A model generated the notes under the pieces. It had not been told where the DNA came from. It did no database searches and saw only the letters and a list, made by a program, of their open reading frames with translations. From positions 62,001 to 126,000 of the forward strand of contig VJWM01000182.1 in the NCBI GenBank assembly GCA_010909165.1: a stretch of 64,000 bases of DNA. The letters run 5' to 3'. The stretch is from Anthoceros angustus. Taxonomy: Eukaryota > Plantae > Anthocerotophyta. This document shows, piece by piece, positions 37,201 through 49,020 of the stretch. How positions within the stretch are numbered: the first letter of the stretch is position 1; every line of letters begins with the position of its first letter. The translations under genes and the position numbers were made by a program.

Positions 37201-38400
37201 CGCATTTTATTGGGTTTCCTTCCGAGAAATGCAATGCTTGGTTGCTTCAGAGATGCATTGCGGGCTAACGGTGACACCACTCCTACTCTCGACCGACTCT
37301 TGGGTTCAATCGACCGACTTGCTCGAACCAAGTTTGCACGATTCCTTCTAAGCAAATTTGGTGCAACACTTTGTGGAACACTTTGTGTCCATCATTGTTA
37401 CGCAACCCCTGCAGTTCCTCTCTCACACTTTGGCATACGGGGTCAAAAGTCCGGATCGCGGTGAGTATACTCGGACGGTGTGGGGTCGAGCTTGAGAAGT
37501 CTGGTCTTGAGTCAGGAGGAAAATTACGTACCCTTGGTCATCCTTCTCCACAAAGCTGCGTGAACAAAAAGCGACAGAGACTTTATACTTGAGTCTGCAT
37601 CCAAGATGTCTGGATACATATGTCCAGCAGGCGTTCTTGTCTGAGACCAATTCTGTCCGACATGTCAAAAGGAGAGTGTTCCAGGAACATCTTTCTGATC
37701 ATGTCGATTTCCGCCTGCTTGTATGGACTTTGGAATGATGTTCTGGTCGGTGACGAGGTAGTGTGTCGCGGGGTCAAAGTTGTCGCGCTATGGGTCTTGG
37801 AGGTCTTCGGGTCCGGACTCGTGACAATGTTCAGGGGCCTCTGCGAATCGCCGGCCTTGCCCGTTTCTTCTCAGCCGCGAGCGCGGCGTCTGGCTCAGCA
37901 CCTTTACTCCGCTTCTTGGTCTGAGGTGCCATCTGCAAAACACAAACCAAGTAGCAATGAGGCATCACGCACTATGGATTATGGACTGCAAGTAGCACGC
38001 TTCATCAGCCCACCTTGATACCCTCCTCTTGAATCAGGACAACCGGTGAGGATGAAGCGCGATGATCCGAGATCCACCGACTCCTCGGGCTATGAACCTC
38101 CGATATGGAAGTGGTCGAATACCACGGTTACCAAAATACTTGAGTGAACCTTTGGTGCCCGCTATATGCATCTCCTCGCAATATTTTCGCCAAACACACG
38201 CCTTTCCAGCCGATCTCGGCGGGTGGATGGCACAGTGTAATCGGACAGGACGATCTCCACTGCGTACCGCCAAATGATGGAATCGCAAATTGGGTTGATG
38301 CACCGTAGCATAACCGTTCCGCCATGTTTCGGCAGGACACAAGCTAAACAAAGAATAAAGCATATTTTATGGAATATGCCTAGTTTTGCCGCTGGCAAAA
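34300..38400 (-). pseudogene. ParB-like domain plus beta-class amino (N6-adenine/N4-cytosine) DNA methyltransferase, frameshifted, probably intron-containing
   Basis: ParB-like at about 36130-36420: PMVVVVDPRC...DEG/YNFFVLGGNHSFRAR. MTase at about 34500-35140: IICGNIVRMAQFVEPRPFALFLLDLPRG (motif IV-like)...VVVFHS...HKTN...PYRPSLLRKLME/YAEGEWVPDGCA(L)GS/MVAA/RNVIS (motif I-like). The motif order IV then I indicates the beta class. The outer gene limits are guesses. Confidence 0.7.
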
Positions 38401-39349
38401 CTCAATTTCCTATTGCAAAATCTCGGGCTCCTCGATTCTGCAATCATGAATGCATTTAAGGATCCTCAAGCGATGATTTGTAGCCGCAAAGTAGATATCC
38501 GTCCTAATTGTCAATAATCAATGCGGTCCGGCAAGGCATCTATACATGATGTTGAGCGGGGCAATCTTTGGTCTCCTCCTCGAGCACCGCGGCGTTCTCA
38601 ACAATTGCGTTTTCACTAGTCACGAGCAATGGCAAGCGATCTCAATGGAGGAGGAGTTTTTGATTTGGTGAGCAGCGAGTGGCCGGATGAGACATCGGCC
38701 ATGTGCGAGTCGGATATCGTGGACTTGGCGGCGAGGCGCGGCGGATGCTAGGCATGGGGTCCACTAGGCAATGTGTCAAATTCCCACGTGGTCGACATTC
38801 AAGGCGTTGCGGCAGGTAAACCCCGGGACGTCCGGTGAAAGGCGCTCGCTTGAAGACCGGACACGCGCCATTTGGATCAAACCGACTTCTTTGGGTGATC
38901 GTTGGGCGCGGCTGCAAGTGATGGAGACCTTTACTTGTTTGATCCGGGATGGACTCGGGCAAACGCGGCGAGACCGGAGCAAATTGCGGCACATGTGGAC
39001 CGGCATGTCCGAGCTCGACGCCAGCGCCGGGCGGCGGCCCGATATCCACCACCCGACAGCCTCGGCCCACCTCGGCTGCGGCCCGCACTATATAGTCATT
39101 CAAATCGCGGTGCCAAGAAATTGGCAAGGATGTTCTCGATCCAAATCCACGCGCAGCGGGTGGCTCTGGCGGAAGGTGACAAGGTGGCACCTACAACAAG
39201 TCCATGGTGTGCTTGTAAGAGTACCATCAACCTTGTGTCACACCACCGCACGAAAACAACAACGGATTAGCGAGAGTGTTGGTGAGTCTCATGCGGTGAG
39301 AAGATGCATGCGATCGTAGACTTGGTTTCGATTTGGCATTGGGTCATGG

Positions 39350-41830
39350 AGGACTGCCAGAGGCGAGCAGGCGACCAAACTGACGTGATCCAATTGCCTT
39401 GTTTGGAGATGTCGGCACTAGATCACAATGAAGATTTGCCGAAATCTTGCTAATCCTAAGTCCAGGGGTTGGAGTTGCAATCTCGCGATAGGGTTGTTTG
39501 CTCAACAAAGAACCGTCTTTGCAAGGGTTAATGGATCATGTCTTGGCGAAGCATTGTTGTCAGTGAAGCTTTCAGCATGAAGAGACAATGTTGTACGAAA
39601 AGTGTTTAGCAAGGCGGGGAATGGCGGTGAAGTCACTTCGTTGTTCTTTTTTTCCATGACAAAGGGAGCGAGCATTTGCAAGACCTTATTGATGTTGTCG
39701 AAGACGAGGAAAGCAGTATGGTGACGGATGGGTGAACAAGCGCCACATGGGAAGGTTTCAATTTGTGTAAGGGCATTGCCGAGTTTCTATTGGTGCACTA
39801 CGATATCGGAATGCCCAGCCCGGTGCGAAGGGACTAGGTTTGCCGAGGGCGGCGTAAAATTCAACTTCATACGGATCGTCATGTGGATGGATATGTTTTC
39901 AAAAGAAATGTGGAAAGACTACCCAGGAAGTGTTCAACCTACGGATACATTCACAAAAGAGGAGATTTACATTGAGTATGCTAGGCGGCGGCTAGAGCAA
40001 TTACCACTCATGTTTGTTATAGCTATTTTTGCAAGTCATGGATACATTTCGGTCCGTCAAGATTCCAAGATGCAACGATTCGATGCTGTCTGTGAGAAGC
40101 TTAAAGCGAAAATTAAAGCGAAAAACGGCAGGAGCAAGGTCGATGAACCGCTCTCCTTTTTAAGCACGGATGTCCGGTGATTGCTAGGTGTCCTTTTTCT
40201 AGTAGTTGTCGTGGAAAACCCTAGACCACATTCTTTAGGGTTCAATACAAAGGTTGATGTAGCGCGCTGGACTGAGTTGTTCGGGGCTGCTGGCGATGGC
40301 ACTTGTATGCGGTATGTGCGAGATAGACTTAGGGAACTCCTCAATTACCACCGGATCAACAACAGATGGAGCGGGCGAAAATGGCAAAGCATTGCGGCAA
40401 GTGTATGGCTCAACCGACCAAGTACCTGGGGATTGCGATAGATGGTATGGACCAAAAGAAAACTGAGTTGCCTCATTTCCGCAGAGTGCCCAAAGATGTG
40501 GATAGTGCTGCTCTCGTCTCTGTCCATGTGGTTGGAGTTTTGGTGTTTAACAAATACATGAGAACTTATGTTTACCTGAGCTATCCAAATCTGCGAAATG
40601 ACCCTAACGGGACAATTGCCGTAGTCCAGCATGTTATTAACGGATGGGAGGGCCAGTTGCCTCAAACTCTTTACCTGCAGATGGACAATACAGCTGCTCA
40701 GAATAAGAACCAAGAAGTGTTGGCGTATTGCGCCATGTTAGTGGACCGAGGTATTTTCAAGAAGGTGAAACTAGGATTTCTAATTGTTGGCCATACCCAT
40801 GATCGATTGATCAAATGTTTTCCGTTTTCATTGTGCTAATCGGAGGCCTACACCTTGCGGAGCTAATCGGTTGCCTTGAGAGGGCTTATACTCCGACACC
40901 AAAGATCTATCTTATGAAAGAGGTGCCCAACTTTAAGCAATATTTGTGGCTGGGGTCCGTCTGCAACATTTACTCTCCATAATCACATTTCCAACATCGG
41001 TTTAAAATCACTCAAGAGTTGCCTAGTCATGTGTTTGTAGCGGTCACGAGGTGCAAGCTTTTCCACTGCGCATTGGAGCCAGATGGTGGTGTTCAATGTT
41101 GCGGGATGGAGTCCCGAGAGGAGATTATTGCCATCGCCACGCTGCGGTCGGCGAAATCCAAGGGCCAAAGAGAACATGCAGTGCGGCTGATAGGGCTATC
41201 GGAGTGGAAGACAACAGAGACAGTTTAAGAACTTCCACAAGTCTTCAATGGTCATCATCGCCTGGTGGGATGGTTTTGGGAAGAGCGATTGGCCATAGCG
41301 GGTGTAGTAGCGTCTGGAGCTCTTCGTCCATTGGACACGGCATGGAAATGGTATAACGGAGGAGCATTCAAGAACCCAGTGGCTCTTCCGGATGAAGTGA
41401 TAGTGGGCGCTACACTTGCGAGGCATATTGGACATGAGAGGTTTACAGGCCACAGAATGCGCAGAAGGGCGTCGGAAACACGAGGATCGGTTAAAGAGAT
41501 CCAGGTGGCATGATGATTGCGGTCGGTGGAGATGATCCGGACTACCGTCCTTTCGTGGGTAAGGTTGGATGTAGACCATGAAGCCTGGACCGTAGCGCAA
41601 GTCCACCGGTGGCGCCAAAACCCTAATGCATTGGAGGTAGGTATTCGGAAGAGTGGGTGCCAACCAACCCTCCGGCAGCCGTAGAAAAGGTCGGCAGCAC
41701 CCTTTGAAGAAACATGTGCAACCAATCAAGCTTTTGGAGACCACAATCATGGGTTATGATTTCGAGTTGACGAGGAACAAGACTTTGAGCAAAGACACAA
41801 TGGACATCTTTGAGGAGGAAGGTCTTGAGT
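39350..41830 (+). pseudogene. Sola-like RNase H-fold DDD transposase, frameshifted
   Basis: YLGIAIDGMDQKKTELPHF (D at 40441), LYLQMDNTAAQNKNQEV (D at 40684), and FLIVGHTHD with IDQMFS in the adjacent frame (about 40809). Upstream DAVCEKLKAK. C-terminal MMIAVGGDDPDYRPFVGKV...GGRYSEEWVP. Confidence 0.85.
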
Positions 41831-42299
41831 TACGAGCGAGCCAAGTGAGGAAGCTTTGCTTCCTCCTGATGGTGAAGCAAGTGGTGACGAATTGATTCCG
41901 AAGACTTGGACAACGTTGAATCTTGATGCATCCGTTGATTATTTGGTAGACTTCTTTGGAAGGTGTGGACTCGGTGAGGAGCGGATCTTAACCCACCAAG
42001 GATTAATTTCGAGGTTGGCCCGGAGAGTCTTGAGGTCGAGGACGTGAATACATAGTCGTGACATAGATGTTTAGGGTATATGTGGATGTGTGATCCGTGT
42101 TCATGTTTTGACATAGAGTTTTGATCTTGATGCATTGTGCCTTTTGCACGGATGTCCGGTGCTAAAGCTCCCGTTCTAATTGTGGTGAGCATTACGCTTG
42201 TTTTAGCGTATTTTGGGTTTTGTGATAGGGTGCGGGCTCGGGCTTGCTTGAGGTGCAGCGCGGGCTTTTGAGCTATTGGGCGGAGTTGGGGACGGAGCG

Positions 42300-43100
42300 T
42301 AAACGCACGCCATGTGGTATTTTGGCCCTTTGCCAAGTACTCGGATTTACTCTCCAACAACCGCGCAACCAATTCTCCTGTGTTTGCCTTCCAGTTTGAG
42401 CGGCAGCGGAGGAAGAATCCATTCGGTGTCGTCGTCAATTTTCCGGTTGATCTGTGCATCGGTGGTGGCACGCGCCTCCACAGACGGGTGTTAAGAGTGT
42501 TGTTGCGCCAAAGCAGTGGATATGAGGACCAGCGTGGCTACATCCCACCACGGGTCACAGTGCAGACATTGCGAGAAGAGGGCCAGGAGGAGATCCACTT
42601 TGAGGGAGCGTCGTGGGGGCGTCCCTCCGGAGGCATCATCGCCAATTGGTGGCCAACCCTTATTCGAGTGGCATCCGCGTTTGCCACTCCCAAAGCCTCT
42701 GCGTGGTTCCACAGGGGAGGTGGGGATAAGGGTTTCTTTGAGGGAGCCAGAGGAGGTGAGGACTATAGCAGGAGGAGGAGGGCTGTGAGGCCCGTGACAT
42801 CTGCCATGATCTCACGATGGGCTGGGAAGGAGGTGGCGGTGAGATGGGCTGCGGAGGTTCGAGACCATATCGGCCGTAAAGCTGAGCAGCGGAGTTGACG
42901 AAGGAGCTAGAGGCGAGAGGCGGTGTGGGCAGCAAGAAGGCGTCGGAGGAGCTTGCGCTTGTAATGGCGGCAGCGGAAGCAGTGCCAAGGCATTGGCATA
43001 GGGGTTCGATGTGGCCGGAGCCTCGAGTGAAGGCTTTGGTAGTAAGGTGTTTCAATTCATGCATCATCGGTTCTTTGCGGTGATTGCTGGTTTTGGTCTT
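42300..43100 (+). pseudogene. Possible third cargo gene with a Cys/His cluster and a SAP-like motif
   Basis: C*ECCCAK...SHHGSQCRHCEKRARRRS and AELTKELEARGGVGSKKASEELAL occur in different frames. Strand and frame are not certain. Confidence 0.25.
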
Positions 43101-43701
43101 TGTTGATGTTCTTCGCATCATCGGTTGATATTCTTGTCTTTGGTATTCTTTATTCTTCTTTGCATGGGTAGTAAGGTCTTCTTTGTGAGCCAATATGGCT
43201 GCTCTTCATGTATGTAGGTGCCAACATATAGGCGGGAGGTCTTATGATGGAGGGGCAAGCGTGATGAGGTCCCTCCTTTTTGGGAGCCAAGCCACAGCTA
43301 GGATAGGCAGCTTGTTTTGGTGTGGGTGGAGTGCTAGAGCCGTAGACTTCGAACTTGATCATAACAGTAGTGGGCGTAAATTGTTGGCTTTGTCTGGACA
43401 ATGTGGTGCAAAGGTCACCGGATGTCCGGTGCCTTTGGCAGCTTAAAAGAAAAGCTTGTCTTCGCTTAGACTGCAGATCCAACCTAGGTCCGACACCCTA
43501 GTCTATTCGCTTATGAGTATGGGTCACTTGACTAAATTCGAAAAGTGACCGGTTGTCCGGTATCGGTTATATGGTGCCATGGCACTTTTCTTTTTAATAT
43601 ATGTGAGCATTTTTGTATAGTTTGGAACGCGGACATATAGTTGGGCATATGGCCCATGTGGGATCTTGGTGTCTTATACCTCTAGTCTCCCACTATAGTA
43701 C

Positions 43702-46700
43702 CAAATCGGATGTGTGCATGCATGTTTGTGTGTCGGGTAGTTGACATGAAGACACATATCCTTCTTGTTTTTATGGTGCCACAACCTTGCGATCGGTAAG
43801 GCGGGATGTCGGGCATACTTGGACCAATGTGTACAAAAACCGTGTTAGCATATTGAGGTGGCATTGCGGTTTTCAACTTAGCACATTGGTTGAAATTGTC
43901 ATAAATGTCCAGTTCAAAGCGACAAAGCGGTTTTTGCGAAAATGCCCTTAAAAAGCCTTAAAAGCGGGGTATTTTCCAACTTGATCCAACCATGGACCTT
44001 TCTTAACGGGGTTAAAAGACATCAAAAAGGTAGAAAAGATGCTTTTGACAACTACGGGAAATGGAAATAGTCGGGTTTTGCCCTTGGTTTTGGAAAAGCA
44101 CCAAATCCGAGATTGGTTGCCAATTTGTAGGTCGAATGTGACCAAATGGACATCATCTCTAAAGTGTGTCTCTACTTCTTAGACCTTGTTGTGAGGCTCC
44201 ACAATCTTCGCTCTCGGTACAAGGCTTGCTTCCCTCGCCAAGTCGAACTGCGGAAGGGAGCTGAGCGATCGAAAGACGCCAGAGAGCCGGGTGTCCGAGC
44301 AGAGAGCAAAATCGCAGTTGTTTGGAAGAATGACCTCCGCCTCGCTTCTCTCCGTCGGGAGTAGTATCGGCGGGCGCTCTTAGTCCGTATGGGTCTACAT
44401 GGCTTACTCGCCTTACGCTTACGCCTCGCGCCACGTTGCTGTGGGCGTGAATACACCATATGACCACAGCAACCCTACGGTCTGGCCCAGCTGCATGCCG
44501 CTCACCTCTGACCATCCACGTGGCGCCTTGCCTAAATCACGCTCCGACTCACGAGTTACCTTACTTGGCGATTTATCCCATTCTACTCCGAGTGTGCTTA
44601 TGGGACCCCACCGATATTTACGTACGCGAACCGGCCCGCCTTGATTGTGTGGTCAGTGGCTCCTCGAGTGCACTCGTCCTTCAACCTACTCGAGTGAAGT
44701 CCGAGTACTCCGGACCTATTCCTTCCTTTCCGCCTTATTTTCTACTCTGGACCTACAAAAAAAAACAAAACCCAACTCATTTCCTACCTCCGAGGAGAGT
44801 CTGTAGCCCACGGTAAGTGATAGACAGACTGCTAGGATAGCTGGTGCTTTACTACTGCTGATGCTGGCTTGAGATCTGACAGCGACGTGTGTCTCTGCTG
44901 CAGGACGCCTAGGCTCTCATGCTAGCTTCTTTCGACATTCGTTTTCACAGTGACCAAGGATACGACACCAATTACAGAGGCCTATTACCCTTCGAGGTCC
45001 GTGGTACCGCCTTACTCATTGTCTCGATAGTATCCAATTCTTTCATCCGAGGAGTAAAAGATACGTAGCATTCACAAGTGACATGGCATCTTTTGTCGCA
45101 AATATGTCTTTGAATACTTTCCATACTGCTGCAAAGGTCTCTTGACCTTGTGTGTGTTGCATCATACTTTTATCGAGAGCTGAAAGTAAAATACTTTGGG
45201 CTCTCTTATCCTTTTTGTGCCAGGCAATGATTACATTTGCCGCTGACGAGCCAGTTGCTTGTGCAGGATTTGGACTTGTAGGCGGTGAAAGTGAGCCATC
45301 TACAATATCCATAAGATCATGTTCTTCGAGGATTGCCTCCATACGCATCTGACAAACTGCATAGTATGATCCATTGAAGCGATCTTTGTATTTTATTTCT
45401 ACTTTGGTGGTGTGCAATCGCTGCGTAATAGCGGGATTAGAACCCATTTTGTCTAGGTAATCGCTAAATGAACCTAGTTATGAGTCTCCCGGTTAAGATC
45501 GTACAAGGACAAAGAAACCTAGGGATCTAATTAACGCCTTACTCATTGTCTCGATTCAAACAGTTCAAAGATCTCTTGAGCATCGTCTCTATTGGCTTAG
45601 GCGTGATATCAAATCGGATGTGTGCATGCATGTTTGTGTGTATCGGGTAGTTGACATGAAGACACATATCCTTCTTGTTTTTATGGTGCCACAACCTTGC
45701 GATCGGTAAGGCGGGATGTCGGGCATACTTGGACCAATGTGTACAAAAACCGTGTTAGCATATTGAGGTGTCATTGCGGTTTTCAACTTAGCACATTGGT
45801 TGAAATTGTCATAAATGTCCAGTTCAAAGCGACAAAGCGGTTTTTTTGAAATGCCCTTAAAAAGCCTTAAAAGCGGGGTATTTTCCAACTTGATCCAACC
45901 ATGGACCTTTCTTAAGGGTTAAAAGACATCAAAAGGTAGAAAAGATGCTTTTGACAACTACGGAAATGGAAATAGTGCGGTTTTGCCCTTGGTTTTGGAA
46001 AAGCACCAAATCCAGATTGGTTGCCAATTTGTAGGTCGAATGTGACCAAATGGACATCTGTCTCTAAAAGAGTGTGTCTCTACTTAAGAGACCTTGTTGT
46101 GAGGCTCCACAATCTTCGCTCACCTCGGTGCGGGCGTGATTGCTTTCGCCAAGTCGAACTGCGGAAGGGAGCTGAGCGATCGCAGACAAGCCAGAGAGCC
46201 GGGTGTCCGAGAGTCAAAACGCCGCAGTTGTTTGGAAGAATGACCTCCGCCTCGCTTCTCTCCGTCGGGAGTAACCGTCGGGGGCTCTTACGTCCGTATG
46301 TCGGTCTACATGGCTTACTCGCCTGCTTCCGCTTACTCGCCTTACGTTCTTTGCAGCGGTGTGCGGGCGTGAATACCGCTATAACCACTGGCAACCCTAC
46401 GTCGGCCTGCATGCCCGCTCACCTCTCAGTACCATCCACGTGGCGCCTTCTGTCTAAATCACGCTCCGACTCCTGAGTTACCTTACTTGGCGTACTTATC
46501 CCATTCTACTCCGGAGTGTGCTGACCCACCTCGATATTTCGTACGCGAACCGGCCCGCCCCTTGTGTGCTCATGGCTCCTCCGGAGTGCACTCCGGAGTC
46601 CTTCAACCTACTCCGGAGTGAAGTCCGGAGTACTCCGGACCTATTCCTTCCTTTCCGCCTTATTTTCTACTCTGGACCTACAAAAAAAAACAAAACCCAA

Positions 46701-47507
46701 CTCATTTCCTACCTCCGAGGAGAGTCTGGCAGTGAAGTGATAGGCGATCGCTAGGATAGCTGGTGCTTTACTCACGATCGGGCTTGAGATCCGGCGTGTG
46801 TCTCGCAGGGGCCCTCTCATGCTAGCTTCTTTCGACATTCGTTTTCACAGTGACCAAGGATACGACACCAATTACAGAGGCCTATTACCCTTCGAGGTCC
46901 AGAGGTACCGCCTTGTCCATTGTGCTCGATAGTATCCAATTCTTTCATCTGGAGGGAGTAAAAGATACGGGTAGCATTCACAAGTGACATGGCATCTTTT
47001 GCTGCAAATATGTCTTTGAATACTTTCCATACTGCTGCAAAGGTCTCTTGACCTTGTGTGTGTTGCATCATACTTTTATCGAGAGCTGAAAGTAAAATAC
47101 TTTGGGCTCTCTTATCCTTTTGTAATGATTACATTTGCGTGACGAGCTGTTTGCTGCAGGATTTGGACTTGTAGGCGGTGAAAGTGAGCCATCTACAATA
47201 TCCATAAGATCATGTTCTTCGAGGATTGCCTCCATACGCATCTGACAAACTGCATAGTATGATCCATTGAAGCGATCTTTGTATTTTATTTCTACTTTGG
47301 TGGTGTGCAACTGCGTAATAGCGGGATTAGAACCCATTTTGTCTAGGTACTGCTAAATGAACCTAGTTATGAGTCTCCTGGTTAAGACTGTACAAGGACA
47401 GCAAAACCTAGGGATCTAATTAACACTGCCTTACTCATTGTCTGATTCAAACAGGTTCAAAGATCTCTTGAGCATCGTCTCTATTGGCTTAGGCAGTGAT
47501 ATCAAAT
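43702..47507 (+). repeat. Head-to-tail ~1.9-kb tandem duplication (43702-45609 / 45610-about 47502)
   Basis: The two copies are nearly identical and differ mostly by 1-2-bp indels. CAAATC microhomology occurs at the start, junction and end. The duplication includes the right TIR and TSD (46098 / 46099-46102). Confidence 0.92.
44812..45447 (-). mobile_element. Copia-2 gag half (internally deleted), with a duplicate at about 46730-47337
   Basis: RFNGSYYAVCQMRMEAILEEHDLMDIVDGS...WHKKDKRAQSILLSALD and the zinc knuckle CNWCRILGHCENEC. The downstream linker AILAVCLSLT joins the protease-proximal sequence at 27171. Confidence 0.85.
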
Positions 47508-48035
47508 CAGAGGATGCTAGGTTTTTTGGTTCAGGTTGTGGCTTATATGGAGTATCTGTGGATATGTAAGATACCACAGGATCATGAACAGAGTAAACTG
47601 GAACTTCTTCCGAAATGGGGCTACTCATGTACAAGGTATGTACGAGTGTGTCGAGTTGCTTTACTTTGTACTCTAGTGTACCTCATTGCCTCTTAAGTAT
47701 GACGATTTCTATTTGAGCCTTACGTTGTTGTTCATAGGCTTGTTCTCCTAACACCTGAATCTTGTACTGAATAGGTGTGATGAGGTTTCTTACAGATCTG
47801 TAATTGCGATGTCGCACTTATGAGGAGCTTTTACAATGGGGGTTCGCAAGATTACACCATACATAGGTTTTGAATAAGCAGTTTTCGTAACAAATATATT
47901 TTTACTTATAGCAGGGCATTTTTTACAGTGGATGCTTGTAATTTACAACATGTATTTTTTACAACAAGGTTATGTCCAATTACAACGGGAAGGCTTTTAC
48001 AATGCAAAGAGTTGTTTGACAATTAGGGTGTACAA

Positions 48036-48139
48036 AATGTTCTTAAGAACATTATGTTCTTCGGAATGTTCTCAAGAACATTGCGTTCTTTGGAATGTTC
48101 TTAAAAATATTTCGTTCTTTGAACTGTTCTTAAGAACTC
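48036..48139. repeat. 29-bp minisatellite with an 18-bp palindromic core
   Basis: AATGTTCTTAAGAACATT at 48036, with variants at 48065, 48094 and 48123. Confidence 0.85.
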
Positions 48140-49020
48140 GCTAAGAGCAAGAGAGCAAAAAAACATTAGGGGTGAACTCCCATATCCAACCACAGAGTGC
48201 TTAACATGAGAGTTCCTATCAACTCATTGTCAGGTGTACTTTCTAAAAAGAGGATCAAAGTCTTGAAGATGTGAACCTCAATCTATGCTCTTTCTATTGT
48301 ACAAACTATGGTGCAAAATTGGGCATTTCAACACCTCTTATTCAAGTATTTGGCTGTATATTTTAGAGATCCAATGACTCTTATATTATATTCTATGTGA
48401 AATTTTAGTATTTCTCTTGCAACATGCAGAAAGAAAGACACATATTTCTCCCTTAAAGGAGTGACATCCAGACATGAGTTCATCTATGGTCAAGCTTCCT
48501 TTGGACAGATTAGTACTTGGATGAGATGCCACTTATTCCCTATTAGATGGAGCCATAGATCTACCAGTAAATCCCCTACCACACCTGCCCAAACAAAGAT
48601 TCATTCAGAAGAAGTCCGGATTTCTTTTAGAGGAAGGGCTCTTACAACAGGCTAAAGTTTACGTTGAAGCCCTGCACAAGGAGAGGAAGATCCCTAGGCT
48701 CTTACAACAAGCAGGTATGCAGAAACAAGGGCAAGATTTCATTAATAAGTAGGCCCATAGCTTTCTTATATCTCCAAATTCGCTAAAAAAATAGGAACTC
48801 ACAAGCCACTTATGATCAAGGAAGGGGTTTGTTTGATGGCACATTATTATAGATGTGCTTTACTTCACTATTGTATGTAGTTAAAAATTGTGTTGAATGG
48901 GTCACTGATTATATTTTAGAATTTTTAGAACAAAATACATATGTATGATAAGTTTTAGAATTGATTACATTTTAGTATATTTTAAAAAAATATATGTATA
49001 ATAAGTATTAGAATATGAAA

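Larger units (their letters stand above)
33021..44190. mobile_element. 11.17-kb TIR DNA transposon, Sola-like (DDD transposase, 4-bp TSD), with cargo genes
   Basis: Termini AACAAGGTCT...AGACCTTGTT, with looser similarity to about 25-30 bp (shared AGTAGAG). TSD GTGA at 33017-33020 and 44191-44194. The homologous empty site (about 23092-23106, GAGTGTGAGGCTCC) has a single GTGA. Confidence 0.85.
27172..44811 (-). mobile_element. Family-B element (accessory ORF about 28900-32990 plus upstream region 44191-44811), split by the DNA transposon
   Basis: The uninterrupted homolog at 23040-23240 runs GGGTCCCATC...GTGAGGCTCC. Here those two halves lie at about 32975-33020 and from 44191. Confidence 0.65.

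Noticed and set aside
27172-44811. Helitron interpretation of the family-B insert
   Set aside because: There is a terminal hairpin but no 5' TC, no 3' CTRR, no A|T insertion site and no Rep/helicase motifs.
48036-48139. CRISPR-like palindromic repeats
   Set aside because: The linkers are only 11 bp and similar to each other, there are no cas genes, and the context is eukaryotic.
48470-48760. Coding-looking stretch (LLDGAIDLPVNPLPHLP...)
   Set aside because: Short, bounded by stops, no recognisable domain and no supporting context.
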